This document shows positions 12,622-22,716 of a stretch of 64,000 bases of DNA, in pieces. The translations under genes and the position numbers were made by a program. Each line of letters begins with the position of its first letter. The first letter of the stretch is position 1. The notes below the pieces were generated by a model, which worked only from the letters and a program-made list of their open reading frames with translations, did no database searches and was not told the DNA's origin. This DNA is from an uncultured delta proteobacterium (GTDB taxonomy: Bacteria > Myxococcota > UBA727 > VGSZ01), in assembly GCA_963775425.1 (NCBI GenBank), contig CAVZJB010000018.1, positions 192,001 to 256,000 of the forward strand. The letters run 5' to 3'.

Positions 12622-13659
12622 ATGGCAGCGGCGCGGAAGCGGCGGCGGTATGCGTGGACGCGCTCCTCCGACCAACGTCTGTTGGACATGCGCTTCAAGG
12701 ACCTCGACCTCACGCTCAAGGGGTCGTGGTTGGAGCACCGCCTCTACGACCTCTACGAGGAGCTCGAGCAGAAGGGCATTCGCCTGAGGCCCCACGCCTG
12801 GGTGAGCTCGGAGTGGTTCAGCCCCGCGGGCGTCCCGGGCATCGGGGTGCCGTTCTACCTCGTGCACCCCCGGCTCATGCGCCTCGAGAAGAGCCAGATG
12901 ATGGAGGTGGAGGGCGGCACCACGGTGGAGTGCATGCGCATCCTCCGTCACGAGGCCGGGCACGCGGTGCAACACGCGTGGGAGGTGCAGCGTCGGCCGC
13001 GCTGGCGCCAGCTCTTCGGCAGCTCGCGCAAGAAGTACCCGGAGTACTACCGGCCACAGCCGACGTCGAAGCGCTACGTGGTGCATCTCGGATCGTGGTA
13101 TGCGCAGGCGCACCCGGATGAAGATTTTGCCGAGACCTTCGCGGTGTGGTTGCGTCCTCGCTCGGATTGGCGAAAGCGCTACGCGGATTGGCCCGGGGCA
13201 CTGCGCAAGCTCGAGTACGTCGACGAGCTCATGGCCGAGATCGGAGATACGCCGCCGCTGCGCAAGAGCAGGGCGCGCCCCGACGCGCTCGCGACGATGC
13301 GCAAGACGCTCCGCCAGCACTACGGCGAGCGCCAGTCCCACTACCAGACGGACCCACACAGTTGGGACCGCGAGCTCAACCGGCTGTTCCCGCACCACTC
13401 CACCCGTCACGGCGAGACGGCGGCGGCGTTTTTGTGGCGCAACCGCGTCGAGATTCGCACCACCGTGGGCAAGTGGACCGGTGAGTACCAGTTCACCCTC
13501 GACTCGGTGTTGCGCGAGATGATCGTGCGTTGCCGCGAGCTGAAGCTCCGCGCCGTCGGCTCCGAGCGCCAGCTCAAGCTGGACTTCACCGTGCTGCTCG
13601 CCGTCAAGACCATGACCTTCCTCTACGCGGAAGGGCGCAAGAACTGGATTCCGCTGTGA
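12622..13659 (+). CDS. Putative zinc metallopeptidase (Peptidase_Mx1-like)
   Basis: HEAGH zincin motif; 'YAQAHPDEDFAETFAVWL'. Confidence 0.85.
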   Translation: MAAARKRRRYAWTRSSDQRLLDMRFKDLDLTLKGSWLEHRLYDLYEELEQKGIRLRPHAWVSSEWFSPAGVPGIGVPFYLVHPRLMRLEKSQMMEVEGGTTVECMRILRHEAGHAVQHAWEVQRRPRWRQLFGSSRKKYPEYYRPQPTSKRYVVHLGSWYAQAHPDEDFAETFAVWLRPRSDWRKRYADWPGALRKLEYVDELMAEIGDTPPLRKSRARPDALATMRKTLRQHYGERQSHYQTDPHSWDRELNRLFPHHSTRHGETAAAFLWRNRVEIRTTVGKWTGEYQFTLDSVLREMIVRCRELKLRAVGSERQLKLDFTVLLAVKTMTFLYAEGRKNWIPL

Positions 13660-14669
13660 AGCGCTTGCGCGTCCTCGGGCTCATGCACCCAGAGCTCATC
13701 CCTCCGCGGTCCAAGGACGGGTTCTCGGAGCGGGAGGCCTTCGAGTGGAAGACGGAGTTCGACGTCGTCAGCACGCTGCGCGAGATGGGCCACGAGGTGC
13801 TCCCGCTCGGCGTGGCCGATGAGCTCCTCCCCATCCGCCAGGCGGCAGCGAGCTTCAAGCCGCACATCGTGTTCAACCTGCTCGAGGAGTTCCACGGCGA
13901 GGCCTTCTACGACCACGCCGTGGTGAGCCACCTCGAGCTGTTGCGCATCCCGTATACGGGCTGCAACCCGCGGGGCCTGGTGCTCGCGCGCGGCAAGGCC
14001 GTGAGCAAGAAGCTGCTCGCGTACCACCGCATCGCCACGCCGCGCTTCGCGGTGTTCCCGATGAACCGGAAGGTGAAGCGCCCGCCCAAGCTCGCCTTCC
14101 CGCTCATCGTGAAGAGCTTGAGCGAAGACGCTTCGCTCGGCATCGCGCAGGCGAGCGTGGTGGACAGCGACGACAAGCTCGCCGAGCGCGTGGCCTTCAT
14201 CCACGACACGGTGATGACCGACGCCATCGCCGAGCAGTACGTCGAAGGGCGCGAGATCTACGTCGGCGTGCTCGGCACCGATCGTCTGCAGGTGCTGCCG
14301 CCCTGGGAGCTCCGCTTCGGCGACATCCCGCGCAACGTGCCGCACATCGCCACGGCCAAGGTGAAGCACGATCCCGTCTACCAGCGGGACCAGCACATCA
14401 CCACGGGCGCCGCGGACCTCCCGCCCGCGTTGGAGAAGCAGGTCGTCGGAGTCTCCAAGCGCGTCTATCGCGCCATCGAGCTCAGCGGGTACGCGCGCCT
14501 GGACTACCGCATCACGGAGTCGGGGCAGATCCACTTCATCGAGGCGAACCCCAACCCGGAGATCGCCAGGTCCGCCGAGTTCGCCGAGTCGGCCGCGCAC
14601 ATCGGCGTCACGTACCCGCAACTGCTGCAGCGCATCTTGAACCTCGGCCTGCAGTGGGGCCATCGCTGA
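13656..14669 (+). CDS. D-Ala-D-Ala ligase-like ATP-grasp amidoligase
   Basis: 'LRIPYTGC', 'FPLIVKSLSEDASLGI', 'EQYVEGREIYVG', 'GYARLDYR', 'IEANPNP'; GTGA overlap with the peptidase. Confidence 0.9.
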   Translation: MKRLRVLGLMHPELIPPRSKDGFSEREAFEWKTEFDVVSTLREMGHEVLPLGVADELLPIRQAAASFKPHIVFNLLEEFHGEAFYDHAVVSHLELLRIPYTGCNPRGLVLARGKAVSKKLLAYHRIATPRFAVFPMNRKVKRPPKLAFPLIVKSLSEDASLGIAQASVVDSDDKLAERVAFIHDTVMTDAIAEQYVEGREIYVGVLGTDRLQVLPPWELRFGDIPRNVPHIATAKVKHDPVYQRDQHITTGAADLPPALEKQVVGVSKRVYRAIELSGYARLDYRITESGQIHFIEANPNPEIARSAEFAESAAHIGVTYPQLLQRILNLGLQWGHR

Positions 14670-14681
14670 CGGCGCGTCGGT

Positions 14682-15239
14682 TCAGGGGTGCGCGGGCTCC
14701 AGGCGCGCTCCCAGGCTGCGCAGGCGCAAGCCCAGCGCGACGAGCACGACGCCGTAGAGGATCGCGTACAGCCCGAGGGTCCACACGATGGCCACGGACG
14801 CGGCGCTCGGCAGGAAGAGGAAGACGAAGCCGGCGAGCATCTGCAGGGCGCCGGCGATCATGAACAGCCACTCGTTCTTCACCTCGCTGCGCAACTGCCA
14901 GGCGCCGATCACGGTGAGCAGGCCGGCGAAGAGCGCCCAGGCCGCGACGAGGTAGACGAACGCGAGCGCGGCGAGCGCCGGGAAGAAGAAGGCGGCGACG
15001 CCGGCGGCGACGCCGATGAGCCCGTGTGTCATGAGCGCGGCCCAGCGCTCGTTGTGGGCGACGCCGCGGATGGCGAGCACGAGGCTGCCGGCGCCGTCGA
15101 CAATGGCGTAGATGGCGAACGCGTAGATGAGCGCGACGAGGGTGAACCCGGGGATGATCACGGCCAACAGGCCGAACACGACCGCGGCGACGCCGCGCAA
15201 CGCGAGCGCCCACCATGAACGTGCGAGCAAGGAGAGCAT
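14682..15239 (-). CDS. HdeD/DUF308 family membrane protein
   Basis: 'WWALALRGVAAVVFG', about six hydrophobic helices. Confidence 0.88.
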   Translation of the reverse strand: MLSLLARSWWALALRGVAAVVFGLLAVIIPGFTLVALIYAFAIYAIVDGAGSLVLAIRGVAHNERWAALMTHGLIGVAAGVAAFFFPALAALAFVYLVAAWALFAGLLTVIGAWQLRSEVKNEWLFMIAGALQMLAGFVFLFLPSAASVAIVWTLGLYAILYGVVLVALGLRLRSLGARLEPAHP

Positions 15240-15320
15240 GAGGTCCTCCGACGAGAGGTGAAGCCCCCTGGGTCAAGGTAGGGATGGGGGGCGCGCGCGC
15301 CGCCGGAAGATCAGGCGCGC

Positions 15321-16073
15321 TCAGACCGCGTCGCGCAGCCGCCGGGCCTCGTCGCGCACGTCGCGCAGCGCCGCGACCACATCGGCGGCGGGCGGCGCAG
15401 GCGGGAGCGCGGCGCCGTCGTGGCCGTCGTGAACGTCGTGGTCGTGCTCATGCTCGTCGGCGTCGCCGAGGCCCGTGCCGCGGCGCTGCTGGACGCGCTT
15501 GGCGATCTTCTCCTTGAGGTCGCCGCCACGGTCCACGCCGCGCAGCACGCCGTGGTGCCCCGCGATGCTGCCGCGCCGCGCCGCGGGCGACGAGGCGCCG
15601 CCGGCGGTGTCGACGAGGAGGTCCATGATGCCGAGGGCGCGCTGGATGGGTCCCTGCATCACCTTGAGCTCCTGCACGTTCGCCAGCGTCAAGGTGACCT
15701 CGCGCGTGAGCACGATGCCTTCGCGGATGCGCAGCGAGCGGTCCGTGAGCACGTACCAGCGCATCTCCCAGTCGATGCGGATGGCGGCGTAGGCGCACAC
15801 GACCACGATGAGCCAGCCCACGGAGAACGTCGCGGCCAACGCCGCCGCCCAGCCGGTGTGGTCGTCGTGCAGCAGCCCGGCGACGCCGGCGCCCACGGAG
15901 ACGAGCACCGCGAACGTGCCCGCGGCGTGGCGCAACGCCCACAGCGCCAGCAGGTACGTGAGGTGCTTGGTGGAGGCGCGGAACACCTCGGGGTTTTCGC
16001 CGAGCGGCACCTCGGGCGGCGCCTCGTTCACCTTGAGCACGCGCTTCAAGAAGCGCCGCACGAGCTCAAGCAC
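15321..16073 (-). CDS. Membrane protein with bacterial PH (bPH_2) domain
   Basis: Two TM helices, then 'YVLTDRSLRIREG...VQELKVMQGPIQRALGIMDLLVDTAGG'. Confidence 0.85.
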   Translation of the reverse strand: MLELVRRFLKRVLKVNEAPPEVPLGENPEVFRASTKHLTYLLALWALRHAAGTFAVLVSVGAGVAGLLHDDHTGWAAALAATFSVGWLIVVVCAYAAIRIDWEMRWYVLTDRSLRIREGIVLTREVTLTLANVQELKVMQGPIQRALGIMDLLVDTAGGASSPAARRGSIAGHHGVLRGVDRGGDLKEKIAKRVQQRRGTGLGDADEHEHDHDVHDGHDGAALPPAPPAADVVAALRDVRDEARRLRDAV

Positions 16074-16647
16074 CCGCGCCTCCGCCGCGCGCGGCCTCGA
16101 GCTTGTCGCGGACGGCCTTGAGGTCGTCGCGGATCTCGACGAGGAGCTTCACCGCCTCCGTGTCGACGCTCGCGCCGGCGGCCGTGAGCGCGGCGGGGCG
16201 CGCGGGGGCGCGCGGCCGGGAGGTGGCGCCGCGCATCTTGGCGTAGAGGAAGTCGCGCACCTCGTCGAACGCGGTCAGCCCCTCGATGACGAGGTCGGAC
16301 GCGCCGGCGCCGGACGCGGTCTGGATCTGCACGCTCCCGAGCCCGAGCCAGCGCTCGAAGAGGCCGCGGCGCAGGTGGATGTCCTGGATGCGCGCGTAGG
16401 TGAGGCTCACCTCGCGACGCAGGAGGATGCCCCACGACGCGTGCACACCGTCGTCGTCGAAGCGGTACTTCAGCGTGTGATAGTGGAAGTACATCGGCAG
16501 AAAGATGAACGGCGCGGCCGGGAACACCAGCAGCATCTGGATGATGTAGAGCCACAAGAGGTTCCTGTGCGGGCTCTCGATGGCCTTCACCGTGGCTTCC
16601 ACCGCCTCGAGCGGCTTGGGCTTCACTGCGGGGGCGAGGTCGCTCAT
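16066..16647 (-). CDS. Membrane protein with bacterial PH (bPH_2) domain
   Basis: 'YRFDDDGVHASWG...RIQDIHLRRGLFERWLGLGSVQIQTASG'. Confidence 0.85.
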   Translation of the reverse strand: MSDLAPAVKPKPLEAVEATVKAIESPHRNLLWLYIIQMLLVFPAAPFIFLPMYFHYHTLKYRFDDDGVHASWGILLRREVSLTYARIQDIHLRRGLFERWLGLGSVQIQTASGAGASDLVIEGLTAFDEVRDFLYAKMRGATSRPRAPARPAALTAAGASVDTEAVKLLVEIRDDLKAVRDKLEAARGGGAGA

Positions 16648-17438
16648 GACTTTCCCTCAGGCGTTACGAAGAACTCCGCCGCGCCGAGGCCGTCGACGCG
16701 GACGCGCACGTGGTCGCCCGGCGCGAGCGCGATGGCCGCGGTGGCGCCGCCGGTCATCACGATCATCCCGGCCTTGAGCCGCTCTCCGACGAGGGCGAGC
16801 AGGTTTACGAGCTTGGCCAGGGAGCGCGCGGGGTGGTCGTAGATGGCGGCGGACGAGCCGATCTCGACGACCTCGCCGTTCTTTTCGAGCACCATGCCGA
16901 GGTTGCCGCAGTCGAAGTCGCGCGGCCGCCGCGCGCTGCCGAGCACGAAGCGCGACGAGGAGGCGTTGTCGGCGACGACGTCCTCGAGGGTGAACTTGAA
17001 GTCCTTGTAGCGGCTGTCGATGAGCTCGAGGGCGCAGCAGCAGCACTCGACGGCGTCGAGCGCCTGCGCCGGCGTCACCGGGCCCTCGAGATCGCGCGCG
17101 AGGATGTAGGCGACCTCGGGCTCGGTGCGCGGGTGCACGTGGTGCTCGCGCTGCACCGTGCCGCCGTCGTCGAGGATCATGGCGCGCGTGAGGTGTCCGT
17201 AGATGGGCTCGAACACGCCCATCTGGGCCGCCTTGGCCTTGGAGGTGAGGCCCATCTTCATGCCGACCAATTCGTCGGCGCGCAGCTTGCGCATCGCGAC
17301 GCCCGCGCGTTGTACGGCGTAGGCCTCCTCGACGGTGAAGCGCGTCTCCGCGCTGAGCTGCGGCACCGCGTCGGCGGAGAGCATCGCCTCGTCGAGCCTG
17401 GCCGCGAGGCGGTCGATGTCGTCGCCGGAGAGCGTCAC
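16644..17438 (-). CDS. dmpH: 4-oxalocrotonate decarboxylase / 2-keto-4-pentenoate hydratase family (FAH superfamily)
   Basis: 'GMKMGLTSKAK', 'HPRTEPEVA', 'IDSRYKDFKFTLEDVVADNASSSRF'; GTG 17438 with GGAGG upstream. Confidence 0.8.
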   Translation of the reverse strand: MTLSGDDIDRLAARLDEAMLSADAVPQLSAETRFTVEEAYAVQRAGVAMRKLRADELVGMKMGLTSKAKAAQMGVFEPIYGHLTRAMILDDGGTVQREHHVHPRTEPEVAYILARDLEGPVTPAQALDAVECCCCALELIDSRYKDFKFTLEDVVADNASSSRFVLGSARRPRDFDCGNLGMVLEKNGEVVEIGSSAAIYDHPARSLAKLVNLLALVGERLKAGMIVMTGGATAAIALAPGDHVRVRVDGLGAAEFFVTPEGKS

Positions 17439-17959
17439 AGCCACCTCCCCGCGCGCGCCGCGCGCGCGCCGCCGTCGTCGTCGTCGTCGTCGCCGTCGCC
17501 GCTCCCGTAGTCGCAGCGATCGTCGAGCTCGCAGCGCACGATGCCGGGCAGGTCGAAGCAGAGGTCGACGGCGACGCCGTCGTCGGCGAAGGCGATGGCG
17601 AGCGGCTCGGGGTCGCGCTGGCCCTCGCTGAGCTCCCAGGTGCGCACGATGAGGCCGTGCTCGGCGCCGTCCTGAGAGGGCTCGCCGAGGGCCGCCTTGA
17701 CGTCGTCGTAGGTGGAGCGGCAGAGCTGGATCTTGTCGAGGGCGGCGCCGGGCGCGGGGGCGGCGGTGGCGGCGTCGTCGCCGCCGCTGGTGACGTGCTC
17801 GGTGGTGGCGCACCCCGCCGCGGCGAGCGCGGCGCACACCACGAGGGGCAGGCGGGACACGTGGGGCAGGCGGGACACGAGGGGAAGGCGGGACACGAGG
17901 GGAAGGCGGGGCGGGCGGGGGACGTCGTCGTGGAGCAAGCGAGACCTCCGGCGCCGCAC
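17435..17959 (-). CDS. Hypothetical lipoprotein, possibly SmpA/BamE-like fold (start uncertain)
   Basis: Lipobox AAGC; 'STYDDVKAALGEPS' resembles the SmpA_OmlA motif; stop overlaps the dmpH start. Confidence 0.55.
   Translation of the reverse strand: MRRRRSRLLHDDVPRPPRLPLVSRLPLVSRLPHVSRLPLVVCAALAAAGCATTEHVTSGGDDAATAAPAPGAALDKIQLCRSTYDDVKAALGEPSQDGAEHGLIVRTWELSEGQRDPEPLAIAFADDGVAVDLCFDLPGIVRCELDDRCDYGSGDGDDDDDDGGARAARAGRWL
17841..17910. repeat. 18-bp tandem repeat (about 4 copies) encoding (LPLVSR)n
   Basis: acgagggg(c/a)aggcgggac units visible. Confidence 0.85.
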
Positions 17960-18050
17960 TACTGCCGTCGACGCGACCTGCGTAGGGGGAATACGCGAAA
18001 CGGGCGCCGCGTGATCTGCGTCCTAGGGCACCCGCCGGGGCGGTGGGAGC

Positions 18051-18839
18051 ATGCCGGCCATGCCCCCGAACAACGCCACCGCCGTGCCCGCCGACGCGCG
18101 CGCCGACTACGGCATCGACGCGCCCACCGTGGTGCGAAACCTCCTCATCGCCGGCGTCGTCTGCATCGCCGCCGGCGTCCTCGGCCGCTCGGGGATCCCG
18201 CTCGTCGTCGACGGCGCGCTCGCCGGCGTCCGCGGCCTGCTCGCGGCGCTGTTTTGGCCCGGTGTCGCCTGGCTCGCGACGGGCGCGTGGATGATCTTCG
18301 GCAGCAAGGTGCTCAAGCTGCGCGCGCGCGACCGCATGCTCGACGCCACCGCGCCCAAGCCCGGCGAGCGCGTCCTCGACGTCGGCTGCGGCCGCGGGCT
18401 CCTGCTGCTCGGCGCCGCCAAGCGCGTGGGCGACGAGGGCCGCGCGGTGGGCCTCGACCTCTGGCAGAAGGTGGACCAGTCGGGCAACGACCCCGAGGTC
18501 ACCCGGAGAAACGCCGCCGCCGAGGGCGTGGCCGCGCGCATCGAGCTCGAGACCGGCGACATGACCAAGATGCCGTTTTCGGACGCGAGCTTCGACGTGG
18601 TGGTCTCGAGCTACGCCATCCACAACGTGCCGTCGAAGGGCGGGCGCGCGCAGGCGCTCCGCGAGATCGCGCGGGTGCTGAAGCCGGGCGGCCGCGTGGC
18701 GCTCCTCGATATCGGCCCCGGCCTCGGCTACGGCAAGGAGCTCGCCGCCGCCGGCCTCGCGGAGGTGAAGACCGGCCTGGATGACGTCGCCTTCCTCATC
18801 CCGGCGTGGGCGACCACGGCGCACAAGCCCGCGGGTTGA
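18051..18839 (+). CDS. Class I SAM-dependent methyltransferase with N-terminal TM helices
   Basis: 'YGIDAP', 'VLDVGCGRG', 'MPFSDASFDVVVS', 'RVLKPGG'. Confidence 0.92.
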   Translation: MPAMPPNNATAVPADARADYGIDAPTVVRNLLIAGVVCIAAGVLGRSGIPLVVDGALAGVRGLLAALFWPGVAWLATGAWMIFGSKVLKLRARDRMLDATAPKPGERVLDVGCGRGLLLLGAAKRVGDEGRAVGLDLWQKVDQSGNDPEVTRRNAAAEGVAARIELETGDMTKMPFSDASFDVVVSSYAIHNVPSKGGRAQALREIARVLKPGGRVALLDIGPGLGYGKELAAAGLAEVKTGLDDVAFLIPAWATTAHKPAG

Positions 18840-18864
18840 GCGGCGGGCGCCACGTCGACGGCGC

Positions 18865-19875
18865 TCACGCAGGCTTGCCGTGCTTGAGCTCGAGGGCGAC
18901 GTCGACGATGAGGTCCTCCTGGCCGCCGACGAGCTTGCGCCGGCCGATCTCGAGGAGGATGTCGCGCGGGTCCACGCCGACCTTCTTGGCGGCGCGCTCG
19001 GTGTGCAGCAGGAAGCTCGAGTACACGCCCGCGTAGCCCATCATCAGCGCGCGGCCGTCGACGATGACCGGGCGCTCTTGCAGAGGCCGCACGAGGTCGT
19101 CGGCGCAGTCGATGAGCGGGTAGAGCTGCGCCCCGTGCTCCACGCCCATCTTGTTGAGCACCGCCACCAGCACCTCGAGCTTGCAGTTGCCGGCGCCGGC
19201 GCCCATGCCGGCGACGCTGGCGTCGGCGCGGTGGACGCCGGCCTCGACGGCGACGATGGTGTTGGCGACGCCGAGCGAGAGGTTGTCGTGGTTGTGGAAG
19301 CCGACCTCGCACTGGAGCGCGTCGAGCAGCGCCCTGGCCTTGTCGCGCGCCTCGCTCATCAACATCGCGCCGGCGCTGTCGACGACGTAGACGCACTGGG
19401 CGCCGTAGCTCTCCATCTTCTTGGCCTGCACCACGAGGTCCTTGGTGGAGATCATGTGCGACATCATCAGGAAGCCGACGGTGTCGAAGCCCATCTCCCG
19501 CGCGCTCTCGATGTGCTCGTGCGCGATGTCGGCCTCGGTGCAGTGCGTGGCGATGCGGATGGTGTCGACGCCGCACGCGCGCGCCATCTTCATGTCCTCG
19601 ACGGTGCCGATGCCGGGCAACAGGAGCGCCGCCAGCTTGGAGTGCGTGAGCACCGCCTTCACTGCGCGCAGGTACTCCTCCTCGGTGTGCCGCGAGAAGC
19701 CGTAGTTGAACGAGTTGCCGTTCAAGCCGTCGCCGTGGCTGACCTCGATGAGGTCGACGCGCGCTTCGTCGATCTTCCTGGCGATGCTCGTCATCTGCTC
19801 GAGGGTGTACTGGTGACCGAGCGCGTGCATGCCGTCGCGCAGCGTCACGTCGTTGAGGATCAATCGCTTCGCCAT
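18865..19875 (-). CDS. dmpG: 4-hydroxy-2-oxovalerate aldolase
   Basis: 'DVTLRDGMH', 'IEVSHGDGL', 'IATHCTEAD', 'GFHNHDNL', '[10 protein letters not shown]', 'VGGQEDLI'. Confidence 0.95.
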   Translation of the reverse strand: MAKRLILNDVTLRDGMHALGHQYTLEQMTSIARKIDEARVDLIEVSHGDGLNGNSFNYGFSRHTEEEYLRAVKAVLTHSKLAALLLPGIGTVEDMKMARACGVDTIRIATHCTEADIAHEHIESAREMGFDTVGFLMMSHMISTKDLVVQAKKMESYGAQCVYVVDSAGAMLMSEARDKARALLDALQCEVGFHNHDNLSLGVANTIVAVEAGVHRADASVAGMGAGAGNCKLEVLVAVLNKMGVEHGAQLYPLIDCADDLVRPLQERPVIVDGRALMMGYAGVYSSFLLHTERAAKKVGVDPRDILLEIGRRKLVGGQEDLIVDVALELKHGKPA

Positions 19876-19943
19876 CGCGGCACGCTACCGTCGCCGCCGC
19901 GGGGGGCAAGCCCCCGCCCGACGATGGGGGCCGCCCGAGCTCA

Positions 19944-20704
19944 GAGGCTGACGCGTAACGTGTTGATCCGAGCCACCCGGAAGGGGCCGGTGCTACGGCC
20001 ACACGGCGGAGCGGAAAGGAGCTCCGAGCTCGGCGACGAAGACGCGCGCCGAGTTGAGCGCCGGGGCGCCGAGCTCTCCGCTCCTTTCCGCTCCGGCGGT
20101 GGCGACGTTGTCTAGCCTTCGCTGATTCCGAGCGCCCAAGCGCTCGCAACTCACCGAGATTTGCGCGCCAAAAGTGCGGCTCGAGCTGATCCGCCTTGCA
20201 TGGTGAAGCTCAAGCGCGGCCGCGCGGGGCCGGCGATCGCCGCAAGCACCAGAAGCCTGATCCACGGCTGGACCAGTACAGGGCGTGGATGAAGTGCGCC
20301 GCAGCGAAGGCGCGATACCGCACGCGCCCTGGTCTCGCCGAGCACGCCAACGCCGTGCTCAAGGCCCAGCTTGGCGTCGACACGCTCTACGTACGGGGCT
20401 AGCGAAGGTGACGACGGTCGCCCTGATGGCAGCCGTGGCCTTCAACCTGCTGCAGAACCTCGCGAAGCTCACCGCCTGAAGTCCGCGCCGACGTCGCATC
20501 GAGGCACGTCGGCGCGCACACGACCCGCACGAACCCGCCACGTGCGCTGATAGCGGGATCACAACACCGCTCGGACCCGCCGTTTCCTCACAACCTGCAG
20601 CGGTTCTTGCGCGCCGACGTGCCTCGCCACGTACTCCGCGCGGCGAGCCACCTTGTGGGCGGCTTCGCCGAGTGCTGCTACGAGCCCTATTTTTCGTCAG
20701 CCTT
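19944..20704. mobile_element. Non-autonomous composite element, family B copy 1 (two conserved arms around an IS1182-like remnant)
   Basis: Terminal IR aggctgacg...cgtcagcct, flanked by TCA(G) direct repeats (19941, 20705); both arms recur inverted at 60368-60747. Confidence 0.7.
20250..20479 (+). pseudogene. C-terminal remnant of an IS1182/IS5-like DDE transposase with a 1-nt deletion
   Basis: 'KARYRTRPGLAEHANAVLKAQLGVDTLYVRG' | 'LAKVTTVALMAAVAFNLLQ' fits the YxxR..E..F..K...G......RGL.KV.......AxNL pattern; frameshift near 20396. Confidence 0.7.
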
Positions 20705-22045
20705 TCAGTGCGCGGGCTTCATGGCGTCCCACATCTGCTGGTTGCGGAAGCCGATGCGCCTGCCGATGGCGTCGCTGTTTGGGTCGTTGTCCTGGTCCAC
20801 CTTGGGCCACAGCGCGATGCCGAAGTGGGTCTCGTCGACGGTCTCGCCGGTCTTGTCGTCCTTCTTCAGCGAGCGCCACCAGGAGGAGTTGTCCTCGTCG
20901 TCCTTGTAGGGGGCGAACGCGTCGGCGTCCTTCATCTTGCGCGAGATGGCGGAGGCGTCGACGTCGCTCGTCGCCTTCACGTCGCCGTAGACGATGCAGG
21001 GGTACTCGTCGCAGTCGATGTGGGTGACGTCCCCCTCGATGCCGGCCTGCGTGAGCGCCGCGGTGAACGACCGCAACAGCGACTGCTGCGAGAACCGCGG
21101 CGGGAGGTCGTCGGGGAAGGGCAGGGGCTCGCCCTGCGTCGCCTTGCGGTCCTGTTCGGCGCGCGCGAGCTGCTCCTCGTCCTTGCGCAGCTTCTCGCGG
21201 AGCGACTCGTTTTCGGCGAGCACCTTCTGCACGTCGCCGCTGCCGGCGGCGTGGCGCGCGTTGTCGAGCGCGGCCTTGAGGTCCTCGTTCTGGGCCCGCA
21301 GCCGGTACACGAGCGGCGACTCGCGCGGCGCCTTCACCTGCACCACGGGCGCGGAGTCGGCGTCGGCGGATACGACCTCGCCGGGGGCGACGTCGACGTG
21401 GCCGCGGGCGTTTCTCACCTCCACCGCGCCCTCGAGGACGGCCACCGTGAGGATGACGCCCGCGGCGGCGCCGGCGATGGCGGAGACCCGCGGTGTGAGG
21501 CCGGAGCGAAGGGAGGGGGCGGCGCGCGTGACGACGGGCATGATCGGTTTCTCCTGGAGATCGACGGTGAAGCAGGTGCCGTGCACGAGCACGTCGCCCG
21601 CGGGGGTCTGGACGGTGACGGGCGTCCCCTTGTCGACGCGGTAGAACGCCTTCCCCGCGCGCTGCTCGACGACGACGGGCCGCGCGCCGAACAGGCCGGC
21701 GAACGCGGGCGCCTCGTAGCGCACGCGCGCCTGCGGCTCGAGGACGGCGATGACGTCCTTGCCGATGGCAACGCTCTCGCGCGCGGCGGCCACGAGGTCG
21801 CCGTGGGCGCCGGCGCCCGCGACGACGGCGGCGCAGGCGAGGGCGGCGACGCCGGCGCAGGCCGCGGCGGCGCGGCGCCAAAGCGTGCGGCCCGCCGCGC
21901 GGCGGCGGTGCGCGGCGACCACGCCCGCGGCGAACCCGGGAGGCGGCGCGGCGACGTCGAGGCCGGCGACGAGGGCGTCGATGCGTCCGGCGGCCTCGTC
22001 GTCCGCCCGCGCCTCGCCCGCGAAGGGAGCTCGCTCGTCCGTCAT
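20705..22045 (-). CDS. FecR-like anti-sigma factor
   Basis: TM helix, FecR-like 'GKAFYRVDKG...VQTPAGDVLVHGTCFTVD', 'VAVLEGAVEVRN'; directly downstream of the ECF sigma. Confidence 0.8.
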   Translation of the reverse strand: MTDERAPFAGEARADDEAAGRIDALVAGLDVAAPPPGFAAGVVAAHRRRAAGRTLWRRAAAACAGVAALACAAVVAGAGAHGDLVAAARESVAIGKDVIAVLEPQARVRYEAPAFAGLFGARPVVVEQRAGKAFYRVDKGTPVTVQTPAGDVLVHGTCFTVDLQEKPIMPVVTRAAPSLRSGLTPRVSAIAGAAAGVILTVAVLEGAVEVRNARGHVDVAPGEVVSADADSAPVVQVKAPRESPLVYRLRAQNEDLKAALDNARHAAGSGDVQKVLAENESLREKLRKDEEQLARAEQDRKATQGEPLPFPDDLPPRFSQQSLLRSFTAALTQAGIEGDVTHIDCDEYPCIVYGDVKATSDVDASAISRKMKDADAFAPYKDDEDNSSWWRSLKKDDKTGETVDETHFGIALWPKVDQDNDPNSDAIGRRIGFRNQQMWDAMKPAH

Positions 22046-22046
22046 C

Positions 22047-22667
22047 TCACACCTCTCCGATCTGCGCGCGCAGCTTCTCTCTCGCCCGCGACAACCGCGA
22101 CTTCACCGTGCCCGTGTCGACGCCCAACGCGCGCGCGGTGTCGTCGACGCTCAATTCGCCGGTGACCCGCAGCGCAAACGTGGCGCGCAGCTCCGGCGAC
22201 AGGGACGCGAGCGCGCGCTCCACGCGGCGCTTGAGCGCCTGCTCGAGGACGACGGCCTCGCCGAGGGCGGGCGAGGCGAGCCCGGCGTCGTCGACGTCGA
22301 GCATCTCCGGGGTGCGGCGGCGCCGTCGCAGCTCGTCGAGGCACAGGCGCGTCGCGATGGTCAGGATCCACGTCGACAGCCGCGCGGGCCCGTCGGGGTC
22401 GAAGCGCCGAAGCGACGAGAACACGCGCAAGAAGCACTCCTGGCACACGTCCTCCACCCGCGCTCCGCCCGTCGACGACGGCCGGCCGAGCGTTCGGCCC
22501 ACCACGGCGAACACCCGCGCCTGGTACGTCTCCACCAGCGCGCGGCACGCGGCCTCGTCGCCGGTGCGGGCGCGGGCCAGGGTGGCGTCGTCGAGCTCGC
22601 GCGCCCGCGGCGCGGGCGGCGGCTCGGGATCCTTGACGAGGGCGAGAGGGGCCACGTCCTGTTTCAC
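22047..22667 (-). CDS. ECF RNA polymerase sigma factor
   Basis: 'EDVCQECFLRVF', 'LSTWILTIATRLCLD', 'GTVKSRLSRAREKL'. Confidence 0.95.
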   Translation of the reverse strand: MKQDVAPLALVKDPEPPPAPRARELDDATLARARTGDEAACRALVETYQARVFAVVGRTLGRPSSTGGARVEDVCQECFLRVFSSLRRFDPDGPARLSTWILTIATRLCLDELRRRRRTPEMLDVDDAGLASPALGEAVVLEQALKRRVERALASLSPELRATFALRVTGELSVDDTARALGVDTGTVKSRLSRAREKLRAQIGEV

Positions 22668-22716
22668 GCCGCCGCCGCCCCGAGGTTCCCGCTGATCCGC
22701 GGGCCGCGGCCTCGCG

